Shown here piece by piece: positions 46,755-55,704 of a DNA stretch of 64,000 bases. A program made the position numbers and the translations under genes. The notes under the pieces are model-generated. The model was given only the letters and a program-made list of their open reading frames with translations, did not search any database and was not told the DNA's origin. The stretch spans positions 4,608-68,607 of the forward strand of contig CAYJUA010000001.1 in NCBI GenBank assembly GCA_964373295.1, in the 5' to 3' direction. Origin of the DNA: an uncultured Planctomycetia bacterium (lineage in GTDB: Bacteria > Omnitrophota > Gorgyraeia > 1-14-0-20-64-10). Positions within the stretch are counted from its first letter, which is position 1. Each line of letters begins with the position of its first letter.

Positions 46755-47924
46755 GTGAAAAGCTCCGCCAAAAAAACCAACGGATCCCGGCCCACGAACG
46801 GCTCCCGGAAGCCCTTCGGGAGTGTGGTCCGCTCCCTCCGCAAAAAGGCCAACTTGAGCCTCCGCGAGATGGCCCGCCGGACGGGGATCACCGCCTCGTA
46901 CCTCAGCGACATCGAGGCCCTCCACCGGCGGCCGCCTTCCAAGGAGGTCATCCAGCGGTTGGCCGCCGAACTGCGCGTCGCCCCGGAGGGGCTGTTCGAC
47001 CTGGCGGGGCTGGACGGCGACCGGATCCCCCCGGACGTCCCCGACATCATCAAATGGAGGCCGGAGTCGGTCTCCCTCCTGCGGGCCATCCGGCACCACC
47101 AATCCTCCTCGCAGCAGATTCGGGACCTCACCCGCCGGGTGGGCGGGGCGGAGGTGCGGGCCCTGATCCTGGCGGCGGGGATGGGCACGCGGCTGAAAGA
47201 ATACACGCAGGACCTCCCCAAGTGCATGGCCGTGGTGCTCAACGGCAAACCGCTCATCGAGATCCAGATGGATACCCTCCGAGCCTGCGGGATCAGCGAC
47301 ATCTCGATCGTCCGGGGGTACAGAGCCGAGAAGATGCGGTTTCCGGAGGTGCGCTGCTACCACAACCCCGACTATGCGCGCACCAACATCCTCGCCTCCC
47401 TATTCAGCGCCGAGGAGGCGCTCGATGGTGACGTGATCGTCTCCTATTCCGACATCTGGTACGAGACCGCCGTGGTGAAGCGGCTCCTCCGGTGCGAGAA
47501 GGACATCGCCATCGGCGTGGACATCGACTGGAAGGAGTATTACCTGGGCCGGAAGGACCACCCCATCGAGGAGGCCGAGAACGTCATCCTCGACAGCGAC
47601 AACCGCGTGGTGAAGATCGGCAAGATCGCCGCTGAGAAGGCGGAGGTCCACGGCGAGTTCATCGGGATGATGAAGCTCACCCGCCGGGGCTGCGAGCTGC
47701 TCCGGCGCCACTACCACCGGGCGAAGGCGGCGCACGAGGGCAAGCCGTTCCAGCGGGCCGCCCGCTTCGAGGAGGCGTACCTGACCGACCTCCTCCAGGA
47801 GATGGCGGACCTCGGGGTGCCGATCCACGGCGAGATCATCGGCTCCGGCTGGAAGGAGATCGACACCGTGGAGGATCTCCAGAAGGCGATCGCTGTTTTC
47901 CATCAGAAGGAGACGCTTTCATGA
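46755..47924 (+). CDS. XRE-family HTH domain fused to a sugar/alcohol-phosphate nucleotidyltransferase (LicC/cytidylyltransferase-like)
   Basis: GTG start. HTH SLREMARRTGITASYLSDIE. Nucleotidyltransferase signature RALILAAGMGTRLKEYTQDLPKCMAVVLNGKPLIE. C-terminal ...HGEIIGSGWKEIDTVEDL. An A7 run sits at codons 6-7. Confidence 0.75.
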   Translation: MKSSAKKTNGSRPTNGSRKPFGSVVRSLRKKANLSLREMARRTGITASYLSDIEALHRRPPSKEVIQRLAAELRVAPEGLFDLAGLDGDRIPPDVPDIIKWRPESVSLLRAIRHHQSSSQQIRDLTRRVGGAEVRALILAAGMGTRLKEYTQDLPKCMAVVLNGKPLIEIQMDTLRACGISDISIVRGYRAEKMRFPEVRCYHNPDYARTNILASLFSAEEALDGDVIVSYSDIWYETAVVKRLLRCEKDIAIGVDIDWKEYYLGRKDHPIEEAENVILDSDNRVVKIGKIAAEKAEVHGEFIGMMKLTRRGCELLRRHYHRAKAAHEGKPFQRAARFEEAYLTDLLQEMADLGVPIHGEIIGSGWKEIDTVEDLQKAIAVFHQKETLS

Positions 47925-48640
47925 TGCAGTCCCAGAATGTTGTCCAGCAGGCCCTCTACAAGAGTCACGGAACCCTGATCCATGCCTGGCGCAACGAAGT
48001 CAAGCACACCTTCGAGATGGTTTCCCGGGACACCGGCATCCCGGTCGAGCGCCTCCGCTCCCTCGAGGCGGGAATGGAGAAGCCCTCCTGGGAGGAGCTG
48101 GAGCTCCTGGCCAGGCAATTCACCGTGAGCGTCCGGGACCTCCTCCCCTTTGAGAACGACCTCGACCGCGGCATGAAGTTCCTGAGGAACCGGGACGCCC
48201 GCGCCTTTGACCAAAAGAGAGCGGGGCAGCTGCAGTACACCTATTGGGAGAGGGTGATGACCTCCGCGATCCCGGGGATCAAGCCGGTCGAACTGCTCCT
48301 CCATCTGAACCGGAGGGAGGAGGTCGTCATGAACCGCGGGCATTTCTTCCATCAGTACACGCAGGTCCTCCACGGCGGGCCTGTGGCCTATCTGTGGGAG
48401 TGGAAGGGCGCCACGCATGAGGATGTCTTCGAGGAAGGGGACTCCTGGCTGATCCCCGGTTTCGTCCCCCACGGCTTCTACTCTCCCGATGCGCAGCGGC
48501 CCGGGCAGATCCTGGCGATCACCTTCGGCCAAAACCTCACCGGGGACGCGCGCCAGGAGCTGGCCCTCCTCGGACGGGAGAACGCCTCTCGGATCGTCTC
48601 CGATGACCAGGACTACTACCCCCAGGAGGGGCGGAAGTGA
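47921..48640 (+). CDS. XRE-like HTH domain fused to a single metal-binding cupin domain (HppE-like architecture; could also be a cupin-sensor regulator)
   Basis: ATGA overlap. HTH TFEMVSRDTGIPVERLRSLEAG. Cupin motifs NRGHFFHQYTQVLHG and GDSWLIPGFVPHGF with conserved His residues. Confidence 0.7.
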   Translation: MMQSQNVVQQALYKSHGTLIHAWRNEVKHTFEMVSRDTGIPVERLRSLEAGMEKPSWEELELLARQFTVSVRDLLPFENDLDRGMKFLRNRDARAFDQKRAGQLQYTYWERVMTSAIPGIKPVELLLHLNRREEVVMNRGHFFHQYTQVLHGGPVAYLWEWKGATHEDVFEEGDSWLIPGFVPHGFYSPDAQRPGQILAITFGQNLTGDARQELALLGRENASRIVSDDQDYYPQEGRK

Positions 48641-48644
48641 GTCG

Positions 48645-50342
48645 ATGACCGAGCGGGCGTCTTCCTTAAGAAAGCGCCTCCGATCCGGGAAGATCGTCCG
48701 GGCCATGGGAGCCCACAATGGGCTGGGGGCCCGACTCATCGAGCGGACCGGCTTCGACGCCGTCTGGGCCAGTGGCTTGGAGATCTCCACCGCCTACGGC
48801 GTGCCCGATGCCAACATCCTCACCATGACGGAAAATCTCGATGCCGCCCGGGCGATCCACGAGGCGACGGCGCTGCCGATCATCTGCGACTGCGACACCG
48901 GCTACGGCAACGCTTCCAACGTCCGCCACATGGTCCGCCGCTACGAGGCGGCGGGGCTGGCGGCCATCGTCATCGAGGACAAGATCTTCCCCAAGGTCAA
49001 CAGCTTCATCCCGGACGGACAGGAGCTGGCCCCCGTGGGCGAGTTCATGGGGCGAATCCGGGCGGCCAAGGCCACCCAACGCAACCCGGATTTCATGGTC
49101 TTCGCGCGGGTGGAAGCGCTGATTGCCGGCTGGGGCCTCGAGGAGGCGATGCGCCGCGCCAATGCCTACGTGGATGCCGGCGCCGACGGGATCGTGATTC
49201 ACTCGAAGGCTTCTTCTCCCGAAGAGGTGCTTGCCTTCGCCCGGAGCTGGAAGCGGCCCGTGCCCCTCGTGGCGATCCCGACCACCTACTACCAAATCAC
49301 GGCCGAGGAGCTGCAGCGGGCAGGCTTCTCCATGGTGATCTACGCCAACCATGGCCTCCGGGCGGCGATCCGCGCGATGGAATCCACCTTCCGCGAGATC
49401 CAGCGGACCGGGACGACCCTGGGAGTGGAGGGAAAGATCGCCACCCTGAAAGAGGTCTTCGAGCTCCAGGGGATGAAGGACCTCAAGGAGGACGAAAAGC
49501 GCTTCTCCGGCGAAGAGCCGATCCGGGTGGTGATCCCCGCGGCCCGCGACCACCGGAGGCAGACGGACCTCTGGGAGCTGCTCCCTGACAAGCCTCTCTG
49601 CATGCTGGAGATGGGAGGGAAGACCCTCCTCGACCGGCAGATGGAGCTTCTCCGCTCGGTGGGTGCCGCCGACATCCACGTGGTCGGCGGCTATCTCCAC
49701 GAGCGGATCAAGGCGGAGGGGGCCCACGTCCTCTTCAACCCGGACTACGCCCGGTACCACTGCGCCCAGTCGATCCTCTTCGCCAAGGAGCACCTCCAGG
49801 GAAGGACCCTGCTGGTCTATTCCGATGTCCTGTTCGACCGACAGATCCTGGAGCGCCTCGTGGAGAGCCCCCACCCCATCACCCTCGTCATCGACCGGGC
49901 CTACCAGACCCTTCCCCTGCGCGAGAAGTCGCTGGACCTCGTTGCGGTGGATGCGGTCGGCGAGGCGGCGGGGCGTCGGCTGCGCATGAACCTGTTCAAG
50001 CCGATCCGGCAGATCGGGAAAGGCGTCGTCCAGCGGCCCACGCACGAGTTCATCGGAGTCGCTTTCCTCCGCGACAACGGAGCCGAGGAGCTCAAGCGCG
50101 CCTGGGAGGAGGCGCTGGCCGAGTTCCGCGGCAAGCCGTTCCATGAAGCGCGCAGCGTGGAGGAGGCTGACCTCACGGACCTGCTCCAGCACATGATCCG
50201 CCGGGGCACCCCCGTCTTCGGGATGGAGATCGAGCACGGCTGGTCCGAGATCCATTCGCGGGACGACTACGATCGGGTGCGGCAGCATTTTCAGAAGCCG
50301 GCCATGGCGCTGGCCGGCGGGAGAAGCCTTTCGCCGCGCTGA
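48645..50342 (+). CDS. Phosphoenolpyruvate phosphomutase (Ppm) fused to a C-terminal nucleotidyltransferase-like domain with a degenerate active-site loop
   Basis: Ppm N-terminus LRKRLRSGKIVRAMGAHNGLGARLIERTGFDAVWASGLE and signature AIVIEDKIFPKVNSF. The C-terminal about 250 aa is a paralog of the 46755 nucleotidyltransferase domain (LTDLLQHMIRRGTPVFGMEIEHGWSEI vs LTDLLQEMADLGVPIHGEIIGSGWKEI), but the glycine-rich loop is VVIPAARDHRRQ instead of LAAGxGTRL. Confidence 0.85.
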   Translation: MTERASSLRKRLRSGKIVRAMGAHNGLGARLIERTGFDAVWASGLEISTAYGVPDANILTMTENLDAARAIHEATALPIICDCDTGYGNASNVRHMVRRYEAAGLAAIVIEDKIFPKVNSFIPDGQELAPVGEFMGRIRAAKATQRNPDFMVFARVEALIAGWGLEEAMRRANAYVDAGADGIVIHSKASSPEEVLAFARSWKRPVPLVAIPTTYYQITAEELQRAGFSMVIYANHGLRAAIRAMESTFREIQRTGTTLGVEGKIATLKEVFELQGMKDLKEDEKRFSGEEPIRVVIPAARDHRRQTDLWELLPDKPLCMLEMGGKTLLDRQMELLRSVGAADIHVVGGYLHERIKAEGAHVLFNPDYARYHCAQSILFAKEHLQGRTLLVYSDVLFDRQILERLVESPHPITLVIDRAYQTLPLREKSLDLVAVDAVGEAAGRRLRMNLFKPIRQIGKGVVQRPTHEFIGVAFLRDNGAEELKRAWEEALAEFRGKPFHEARSVEEADLTDLLQHMIRRGTPVFGMEIEHGWSEIHSRDDYDRVRQHFQKPAMALAGGRSLSPR

Positions 50343-50350
50343 AAGCAGCC

Positions 50351-51484
50351 ATGACCTTGCCGGCCCCATACTGGAACCCGACCCGGCGGCTGATCGCCGA
50401 GGGAGCGCTCGCCCGGATCGGCGAGGCGGCCGGAGAATACCGGCCCAAGAAGATCCTCCTGGTCCTGGGCCGTTCCTCTTTCCGCGGGTCCGCCCATGAC
50501 CGCGCCCTGCGGGACGCCCTCACGGGTTTCCAGGTGGAGGAGTCCAATCCGGTGCAGCACAGCCCCAGCATCGCCTTCATCCAGGAAATGTGGAACGCCC
50601 TGAAGGGGAGGGGCATCGATCTCGTGGTCGGGGTGGGAGGGGGGAGCGTGATCGACTGCGCGAAAGCGATCCGGATCCTTCTCACGCAGGGAGAGGGCAC
50701 CTTGGAGGATTACGCCGAGAAGCGCCGTGCGTTCCGGAAGCCGGGGCTGCCGTTCATCGCCGTGCCCACCACCGCCGGAACCGGCAGCGAGGTGACGCCC
50801 TACTCCTCCCTGCAGACCGCGGCGCACCAGAAGATCAGTCTGACGCACCCCTGGCTTTTCCCGGAGCTGGCGCTCATCGACCCCCTGCTCACCCACTCGA
50901 TGCCCCGCTACGTCACCGCCTGCACGGCGTTGGACGCCCTGGCGCAGGCGATCGAGTCCTTCTGGTCCGTCCACCACACGCCGTTCTCCGAGACGCATTC
51001 GATCCGCGCCATCACCTTGATCCTGGAGAACCTGCCCGTGGTCCTGCGGGAGCCGGGGAACGCCCCTGCCAGGTTCGCCATGTCGGTGGCGAGCTGCGAG
51101 GCAGGGCTGGCGATCACGCAGACCCGCACCACGGCGGTCCACGCCGTTTCCTATCCCCTGACCACCTTCTTCGACATCCCCCACGGCCACGCCTGCGCCC
51201 TCACGCTCCCCTCCTTCATCCGGTACAACGGCACGGCGCTGGAGCCCGTCCGGGGAGTCGTCCTCTGGAGGGCGCTGGGGTGCAGCTCCTGGGAGGAGGC
51301 GGCGCGGCGGGTCGAGCACCTGATGGACGAAGCGGGCGTCGAGCGTTCCCTGCGCAAGATGGGACTGGACGAGAAAGGGATCCAGACGGTGATCGACCAC
51401 GGGTTCCGCTCGGACCGCGTGGTGAACAACCCCCGGGAAGTCACTCAGGAGGCGCTGCGTGAAATCCTCGAAAAGATCTACTGA
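50351..51484 (+). CDS. Iron-containing (group III) alcohol dehydrogenase, phosphonoacetaldehyde-reductase (PhpC/FomC)-like by context
   Basis: ...DLVVGVGGGSVIDCAKAI...PFIAVPTTAGTGSEVTPYSS... and His-rich metal site ...AVHAVSYPLTTFFDIPHGHACAL... are typical of the Fe-ADH family. Confidence 0.8.
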   Translation: MTLPAPYWNPTRRLIAEGALARIGEAAGEYRPKKILLVLGRSSFRGSAHDRALRDALTGFQVEESNPVQHSPSIAFIQEMWNALKGRGIDLVVGVGGGSVIDCAKAIRILLTQGEGTLEDYAEKRRAFRKPGLPFIAVPTTAGTGSEVTPYSSLQTAAHQKISLTHPWLFPELALIDPLLTHSMPRYVTACTALDALAQAIESFWSVHHTPFSETHSIRAITLILENLPVVLREPGNAPARFAMSVASCEAGLAITQTRTTAVHAVSYPLTTFFDIPHGHACALTLPSFIRYNGTALEPVRGVVLWRALGCSSWEEAARRVEHLMDEAGVERSLRKMGLDEKGIQTVIDHGFRSDRVVNNPREVTQEALREILEKIY

Positions 51485-53123
51485 CGCGGCGGGCATGGCC
51501 CCCCCGGACCTCTTCTGGGCGGCGTGGGGCGCCACCACGCTGCTCGTCCAGATCCCGCTGAGCGGGATGATCCTGCAGGACCCCCAATCCCTCCTGCTCG
51601 GCGTCTGGAACCTGAAAACCCTGGCGCTGTTTTGCGCGGTGACCTTCCTGGGCCTCCCCCTTGCGGTGGGGGCCGCCTGGGCCGCGGCGGCCAGGGTCTC
51701 CACGCGCTGGGCCTGCCTCCTCCTGGCGGTTGGGATCGCCTATGTCCTGACGATGCAGATCAATTTCCATTACCTCCAGGTCCGCTTCTTCGATATGGCT
51801 TGGCGCCGCATGGCGGAAGTGGTGCTGTTCGGTGTCGGCGCCGCAGCCTGCTGGGCGGGACGGAGAGGGCTCACCCGGCTTCTCAAGGTCTGCGCCGGGC
51901 TGAGCGCCGCGGTCTGCCTCCTTTTCGCCTTCCAGGCCTGGCCCTCCTCCTCGGGAAAGGCCTCCCCGGCGGATGAGGCTCCTCAGACGCAGGATTCCCC
52001 ATCGGCGGAATTCCCGGTTTTCTTCCTGACCTTCGAGAAGCTCTGCGCCTCGTACGTGGCGGATGAGCAGGGCCGCGTCGTCGCCGACCGGCTGCCCAAC
52101 CTGGCGAAGTTCGCCTCGGAGGCCGACGACTATCCGGAAACCCACGCCAACTGCACGGCCACGGTTTACTCTCTGAAGACCCTCTATTCCGGCAGAGTGA
52201 CCACGCGCGCGAAGGACTGGGCCCGCCGCCCGAACCTGAGGGACATCGTGGGCGCGAACCGCAAGGTCGTGATGCAGCTGGACCTTCTGACAAACTACTG
52301 CGACCCCGAGCGCAACGTCTGCCTGAGGGCGATCGGATTGGAAGGGATCCGCGGGGTGGACCTCATCGCAGGCTGGTACAAAACGTACGTGCTCACGATC
52401 CTGCCGGATCCGCTGGAGCTGCGCCTGACCCTGCGGGGTTGGAACTTCAACCCCTGGACGGACCTGTGGATCCGCGAGGAGGAGGGGTTGGCTCCGGGAG
52501 AGGAAGTACACCACCGGGTAGGCCGCCGGCAATTCCAGCGCCTCCGCGAGGAAATCCAGCGGCAGGGGAATGCCCCGAACCTCTACCTCATGCACAATTT
52601 CATCTCCGACACGCCCGAGGTGAAGGCTTCCGGCCTGTCTGGAAAGCACTGGGAACGGTACGCGGAGGAGCTGGACGGGGCGCGCCGCAACCTGGCCGTC
52701 TTCGATGAGGAACTGGGGAAGTTCTTCGATTTCCTCAAGGAGAAGGGCCTTTACGACCGGTCGCTGATCGTGGTCACCACCGACACCGGATACGACTACG
52801 ATTCGCGGCGGGTCCTGGGCGACGCGGAGCTGCCCCCTTCGCGCGACCTCACGCGGATCTTCTTCGCGCTCAAGCGCCCCGGCCAGAAAGAGGGAAGGGT
52901 CTTCCGCTCGTCCCTGCGGCATGTGGACGTTCTGCCGACCCTGCTCGCCCACTTGGGCATCGATCCCAAACCCTACGGGTTCGAGGGGGTCCCGGTCACG
53001 GACCCTTCCGAGCAGGCCACGCTGCGGGAGCGCCCGCTGGATTTCATGCTGACCTCCGAGCAGGCCGGCGTGCTGCGCTATCGGATGGACCAGCCGCAGG
53101 GCGGCATGCGGAGGGTCCGGTAG
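51459..53123 (+). CDS. Membrane-anchored alkaline-phosphatase-superfamily (sulfatase/LtaS/EptA-like) transferase
   Basis: About 5 N-terminal TM segments. The soluble domain has ...[13 protein letters not shown]..., ...[17 protein letters not shown]... and ...[16 protein letters not shown]..., which are characteristic of sulfatase-fold phospho-headgroup transferases. The track start overlaps the ADH by 26 nt. An in-frame ATG at 51495 is an alternative. Confidence 0.6.
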   Translation: MKSSKRSTDAAGMAPPDLFWAAWGATTLLVQIPLSGMILQDPQSLLLGVWNLKTLALFCAVTFLGLPLAVGAAWAAAARVSTRWACLLLAVGIAYVLTMQINFHYLQVRFFDMAWRRMAEVVLFGVGAAACWAGRRGLTRLLKVCAGLSAAVCLLFAFQAWPSSSGKASPADEAPQTQDSPSAEFPVFFLTFEKLCASYVADEQGRVVADRLPNLAKFASEADDYPETHANCTATVYSLKTLYSGRVTTRAKDWARRPNLRDIVGANRKVVMQLDLLTNYCDPERNVCLRAIGLEGIRGVDLIAGWYKTYVLTILPDPLELRLTLRGWNFNPWTDLWIREEEGLAPGEEVHHRVGRRQFQRLREEIQRQGNAPNLYLMHNFISDTPEVKASGLSGKHWERYAEELDGARRNLAVFDEELGKFFDFLKEKGLYDRSLIVVTTDTGYDYDSRRVLGDAELPPSRDLTRIFFALKRPGQKEGRVFRSSLRHVDVLPTLLAHLGIDPKPYGFEGVPVTDPSEQATLRERPLDFMLTSEQAGVLRYRMDQPQGGMRRVR

Positions 53124-53127
53124 CGCG

Positions 53128-54177
53128 ATGAACATCCTGGTCACCGGGAGCAGCGGCCTGATCGGCTCGGAAGCGGTGGAGTACTTCGACAAGCGCGGGC
53201 ACACCGTTCACGGCGTTGACAACAACATGCGGATGGAGTTCTTCGGGCCGGGAGGGGACACCCGCTGGAACCTGCGGCGGCTGCGGGCCTCCTGCAGGCG
53301 TTTTCAGCACCACGAGCTGGACATCCGCGACCGGGCGGGGGTCCTGCGGCTCTTCGGGGAGGTCCTCATCGATTGGGTGATCCACTGCGCAGCCCAGCCG
53401 TCCCACGATCTGGCCAAGCAGCGGCCCCTGGACGACTTCGACGTCAACGCGGTCGGGACCATCAACCTGTTGGAAGCGACCCGCCGGCACGCGCCGGAAG
53501 CGGTCTTCTGCCTGCTCAGCACGAACAAGGTCTACGGGGACGCACCGAACAAGCTCCCCCTCAAGGAGGAGCCGACCCGCTGGGACTACGCCGACCCCAA
53601 ACAGGCTCACGGCGTGGACGAGCGTTGCCGGCTGGACTTCTCCACCCACAGCGTCTTCGGCGCCAGCAAGGCGGCCGCCGACCTGATGACCCAGGAGTAC
53701 GCCCGCACGTTCGGGATGAAGACCGGCGTTTTCCGGGGGGGATGCCTGACCGGGCCCCAGCATTCGGGCGTGGAGCTGCATGGGTTCCTTTCGTACCTCG
53801 TCAAGGTCGTGAAGAGCGGGACTCCCTACCGGATCTATGGCTACAAGGGCAAGCAGGTCAGGGACCAGATCCACAGCTTCGATGTGATCCGCGCCCTCGA
53901 GGAGTTCGCCGACAATCCCCGCCCGGGCGAGGTCTACAACATCGGAGGGGGGCGGGGCAACAGCCTTTCCATCCTGGAGGCCATCGACACGGCGGAGCGT
54001 CTGACCGGCAGGAAGTTCGAATACGAGTACGTGGAGACGCCAAGGGTCGGCGACCACATCTGCTACATCACCGATTTCCGGAAGCTGCAGTCCCACTATC
54101 CCAACTGGGAGATCACGAGAAGCCTGCTCTCGATTTGGGAGGAGATGATGGAGGCCGTCCCGTGCGCGTCACGCTGA
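53128..54177 (+). CDS. NAD-dependent epimerase/dehydratase, CDP-paratose-2-epimerase-like
   Basis: [52 protein letters not shown]... is the pattern of the RfbE/CDP-tyvelose epimerase subgroup. Confidence 0.7.
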   Translation: MNILVTGSSGLIGSEAVEYFDKRGHTVHGVDNNMRMEFFGPGGDTRWNLRRLRASCRRFQHHELDIRDRAGVLRLFGEVLIDWVIHCAAQPSHDLAKQRPLDDFDVNAVGTINLLEATRRHAPEAVFCLLSTNKVYGDAPNKLPLKEEPTRWDYADPKQAHGVDERCRLDFSTHSVFGASKAAADLMTQEYARTFGMKTGVFRGGCLTGPQHSGVELHGFLSYLVKVVKSGTPYRIYGYKGKQVRDQIHSFDVIRALEEFADNPRPGEVYNIGGGRGNSLSILEAIDTAERLTGRKFEYEYVETPRVGDHICYITDFRKLQSHYPNWEITRSLLSIWEEMMEAVPCASR

Positions 54178-55703
54178 TCCACCCACCGCAGTTCGTCGCC
54201 TACGGGAACCAGGTCTCCACCATCGCGATGCCCCCCCTGGGGCTCGCTTACCTGGCCAGCAGCCTGAGGGAAGCGGGCCACCCGGTGTCGCTGGTGGACG
54301 GCTTCGGCGATGGGCTGGACCGGCAGACGCCGTTCGGCCACGGGTCGGTCTACCTCTGGGGGCTTCCGGACGAGGAGATCGTTTCCCGGATCCCGCGAGA
54401 CACCGAGGTGATCGGGGTCGGCCAGATGTTCTCCTCGGGCTGGCTTTCCGTCCGGATCCTCCTGAAGAAGATCAAAGAGGCTTTTCCCTCGGTGCCCCTC
54501 CTCCTGGGCGGAGAGCACGCCTCCGGCCTGCCGGCGATGTGCTTCTCGCAGAGCCCCATCGACCTGCTGGTCCAGGGGGAAGGGGAGGAGACCCTCGTGG
54601 AGCTGGTGGGGAAGCTGGCTTCGGGAGATCCGGTTGAGGCGGTCCCCGGGGTCGGCTACCGCAAGGACGGACGGATGATGCTGAACCCCAGGCGGAACCG
54701 GATTCGCAACGTGAACGACATACCCTGGCCGGCCTGGGATCTCGTAGACCTGGAGGGCTACATCCGGGTGAACTGCCCCCACGGCATCGCGCGCGGGCGC
54801 TTCATCCCCATGCTGGCGACCCGGGGATGCCCGTTTCAGTGCACCTTCTGCACCAGCCCTCAGATGTGGACCCAGCTTTGGATCGCGCGCGACGTCAAAG
54901 GCGTGGTCGACGAGATCGAGCATTACGTCCGCGAGTACCGGATCCAGGACATCCAGTTCGAGGACCTCACCGCGATCGTGCGGAGGGACTGGATCGTCGA
55001 GTTCTGTCGGGAGATCCTGAGAAGAGGGCTCGAGATCACTTTCCAGCTTCCCTCCGGGACCCGCAGCGAAGCGGTGGACAAGGAGGTGGCGGCCCTGATG
55101 AAGCAGGCCGGCTGCCCGGAGTTCTCCTTCGCCCCGGAGTCCGGGGACGAGGAGACCCTGAAGATCATCAAGAAGCAGGTCAACCTGAAGAAGATGTTTG
55201 CCTCTGCGCGCGACGCGATCCGAGCCGGGATCGGCGTCTCCTGCTTCTTCATCATTGGATTTCCCCACGAGCGCTGGAAGCACATCCTCAACACCTACGG
55301 GGCCCTGGTTCGGTGCGCCGTCATGGGGATCAAGACGGTCAGCGTCAACGTCTTCTCGCCGGAGCCCTCCACGCGCCTGTTCAACGAGCTGCTGGAGCAG
55401 AAGAAGATCCAGCTGGACGATCCCTTCCTCTGGTCGCTGTTTGATTTCCCCGCGTTCGGCCGGAAGAAGACGTCGTTCAACGACCGGTTCAGCGACGTCC
55501 AGATCACGGCGATTTCGGTCGGCGGGATGTTCCTTTTCTACGCGATCCGCTACCTCCTGCGCCCCCACCTGCTCATCGGGGTCCTCCGGGAGACGTTTGG
55601 GGAGACCCCCCACAACGACAACCGGCTGGGGAAATACCTCCGCGCGATGCGGAAGGAACTCATCCGCTCGCTCAAGTTCAAGTTCCGGCGGGCGGTGGCG
55701 TAA
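54162..55703 (+). CDS. B12-binding-domain radical SAM enzyme (class B; Fom3/GenK-type C-methyltransferase candidate)
   Basis: GTG start overlapping the epimerase by 16 nt. B12-like N-terminal domain. Canonical cluster motif [17 protein letters not shown]. About 514 aa. Confidence 0.8.
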   Translation: MRVTLIHPPQFVAYGNQVSTIAMPPLGLAYLASSLREAGHPVSLVDGFGDGLDRQTPFGHGSVYLWGLPDEEIVSRIPRDTEVIGVGQMFSSGWLSVRILLKKIKEAFPSVPLLLGGEHASGLPAMCFSQSPIDLLVQGEGEETLVELVGKLASGDPVEAVPGVGYRKDGRMMLNPRRNRIRNVNDIPWPAWDLVDLEGYIRVNCPHGIARGRFIPMLATRGCPFQCTFCTSPQMWTQLWIARDVKGVVDEIEHYVREYRIQDIQFEDLTAIVRRDWIVEFCREILRRGLEITFQLPSGTRSEAVDKEVAALMKQAGCPEFSFAPESGDEETLKIIKKQVNLKKMFASARDAIRAGIGVSCFFIIGFPHERWKHILNTYGALVRCAVMGIKTVSVNVFSPEPSTRLFNELLEQKKIQLDDPFLWSLFDFPAFGRKKTSFNDRFSDVQITAISVGGMFLFYAIRYLLRPHLLIGVLRETFGETPHNDNRLGKYLRAMRKELIRSLKFKFRRAVA

Positions 55704-55704
55704 C

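Noticed and set aside
46755-48640. Possibility that the HTH-containing genes constitute a toxin-antitoxin or other defence module.
   Set aside because: The HTH domains are fused to full-length enzymes (nucleotidyltransferase) or to a cupin. No toxin-family partner (RelE, HigB, HipA or similar) is adjacent. The context is biosynthetic.
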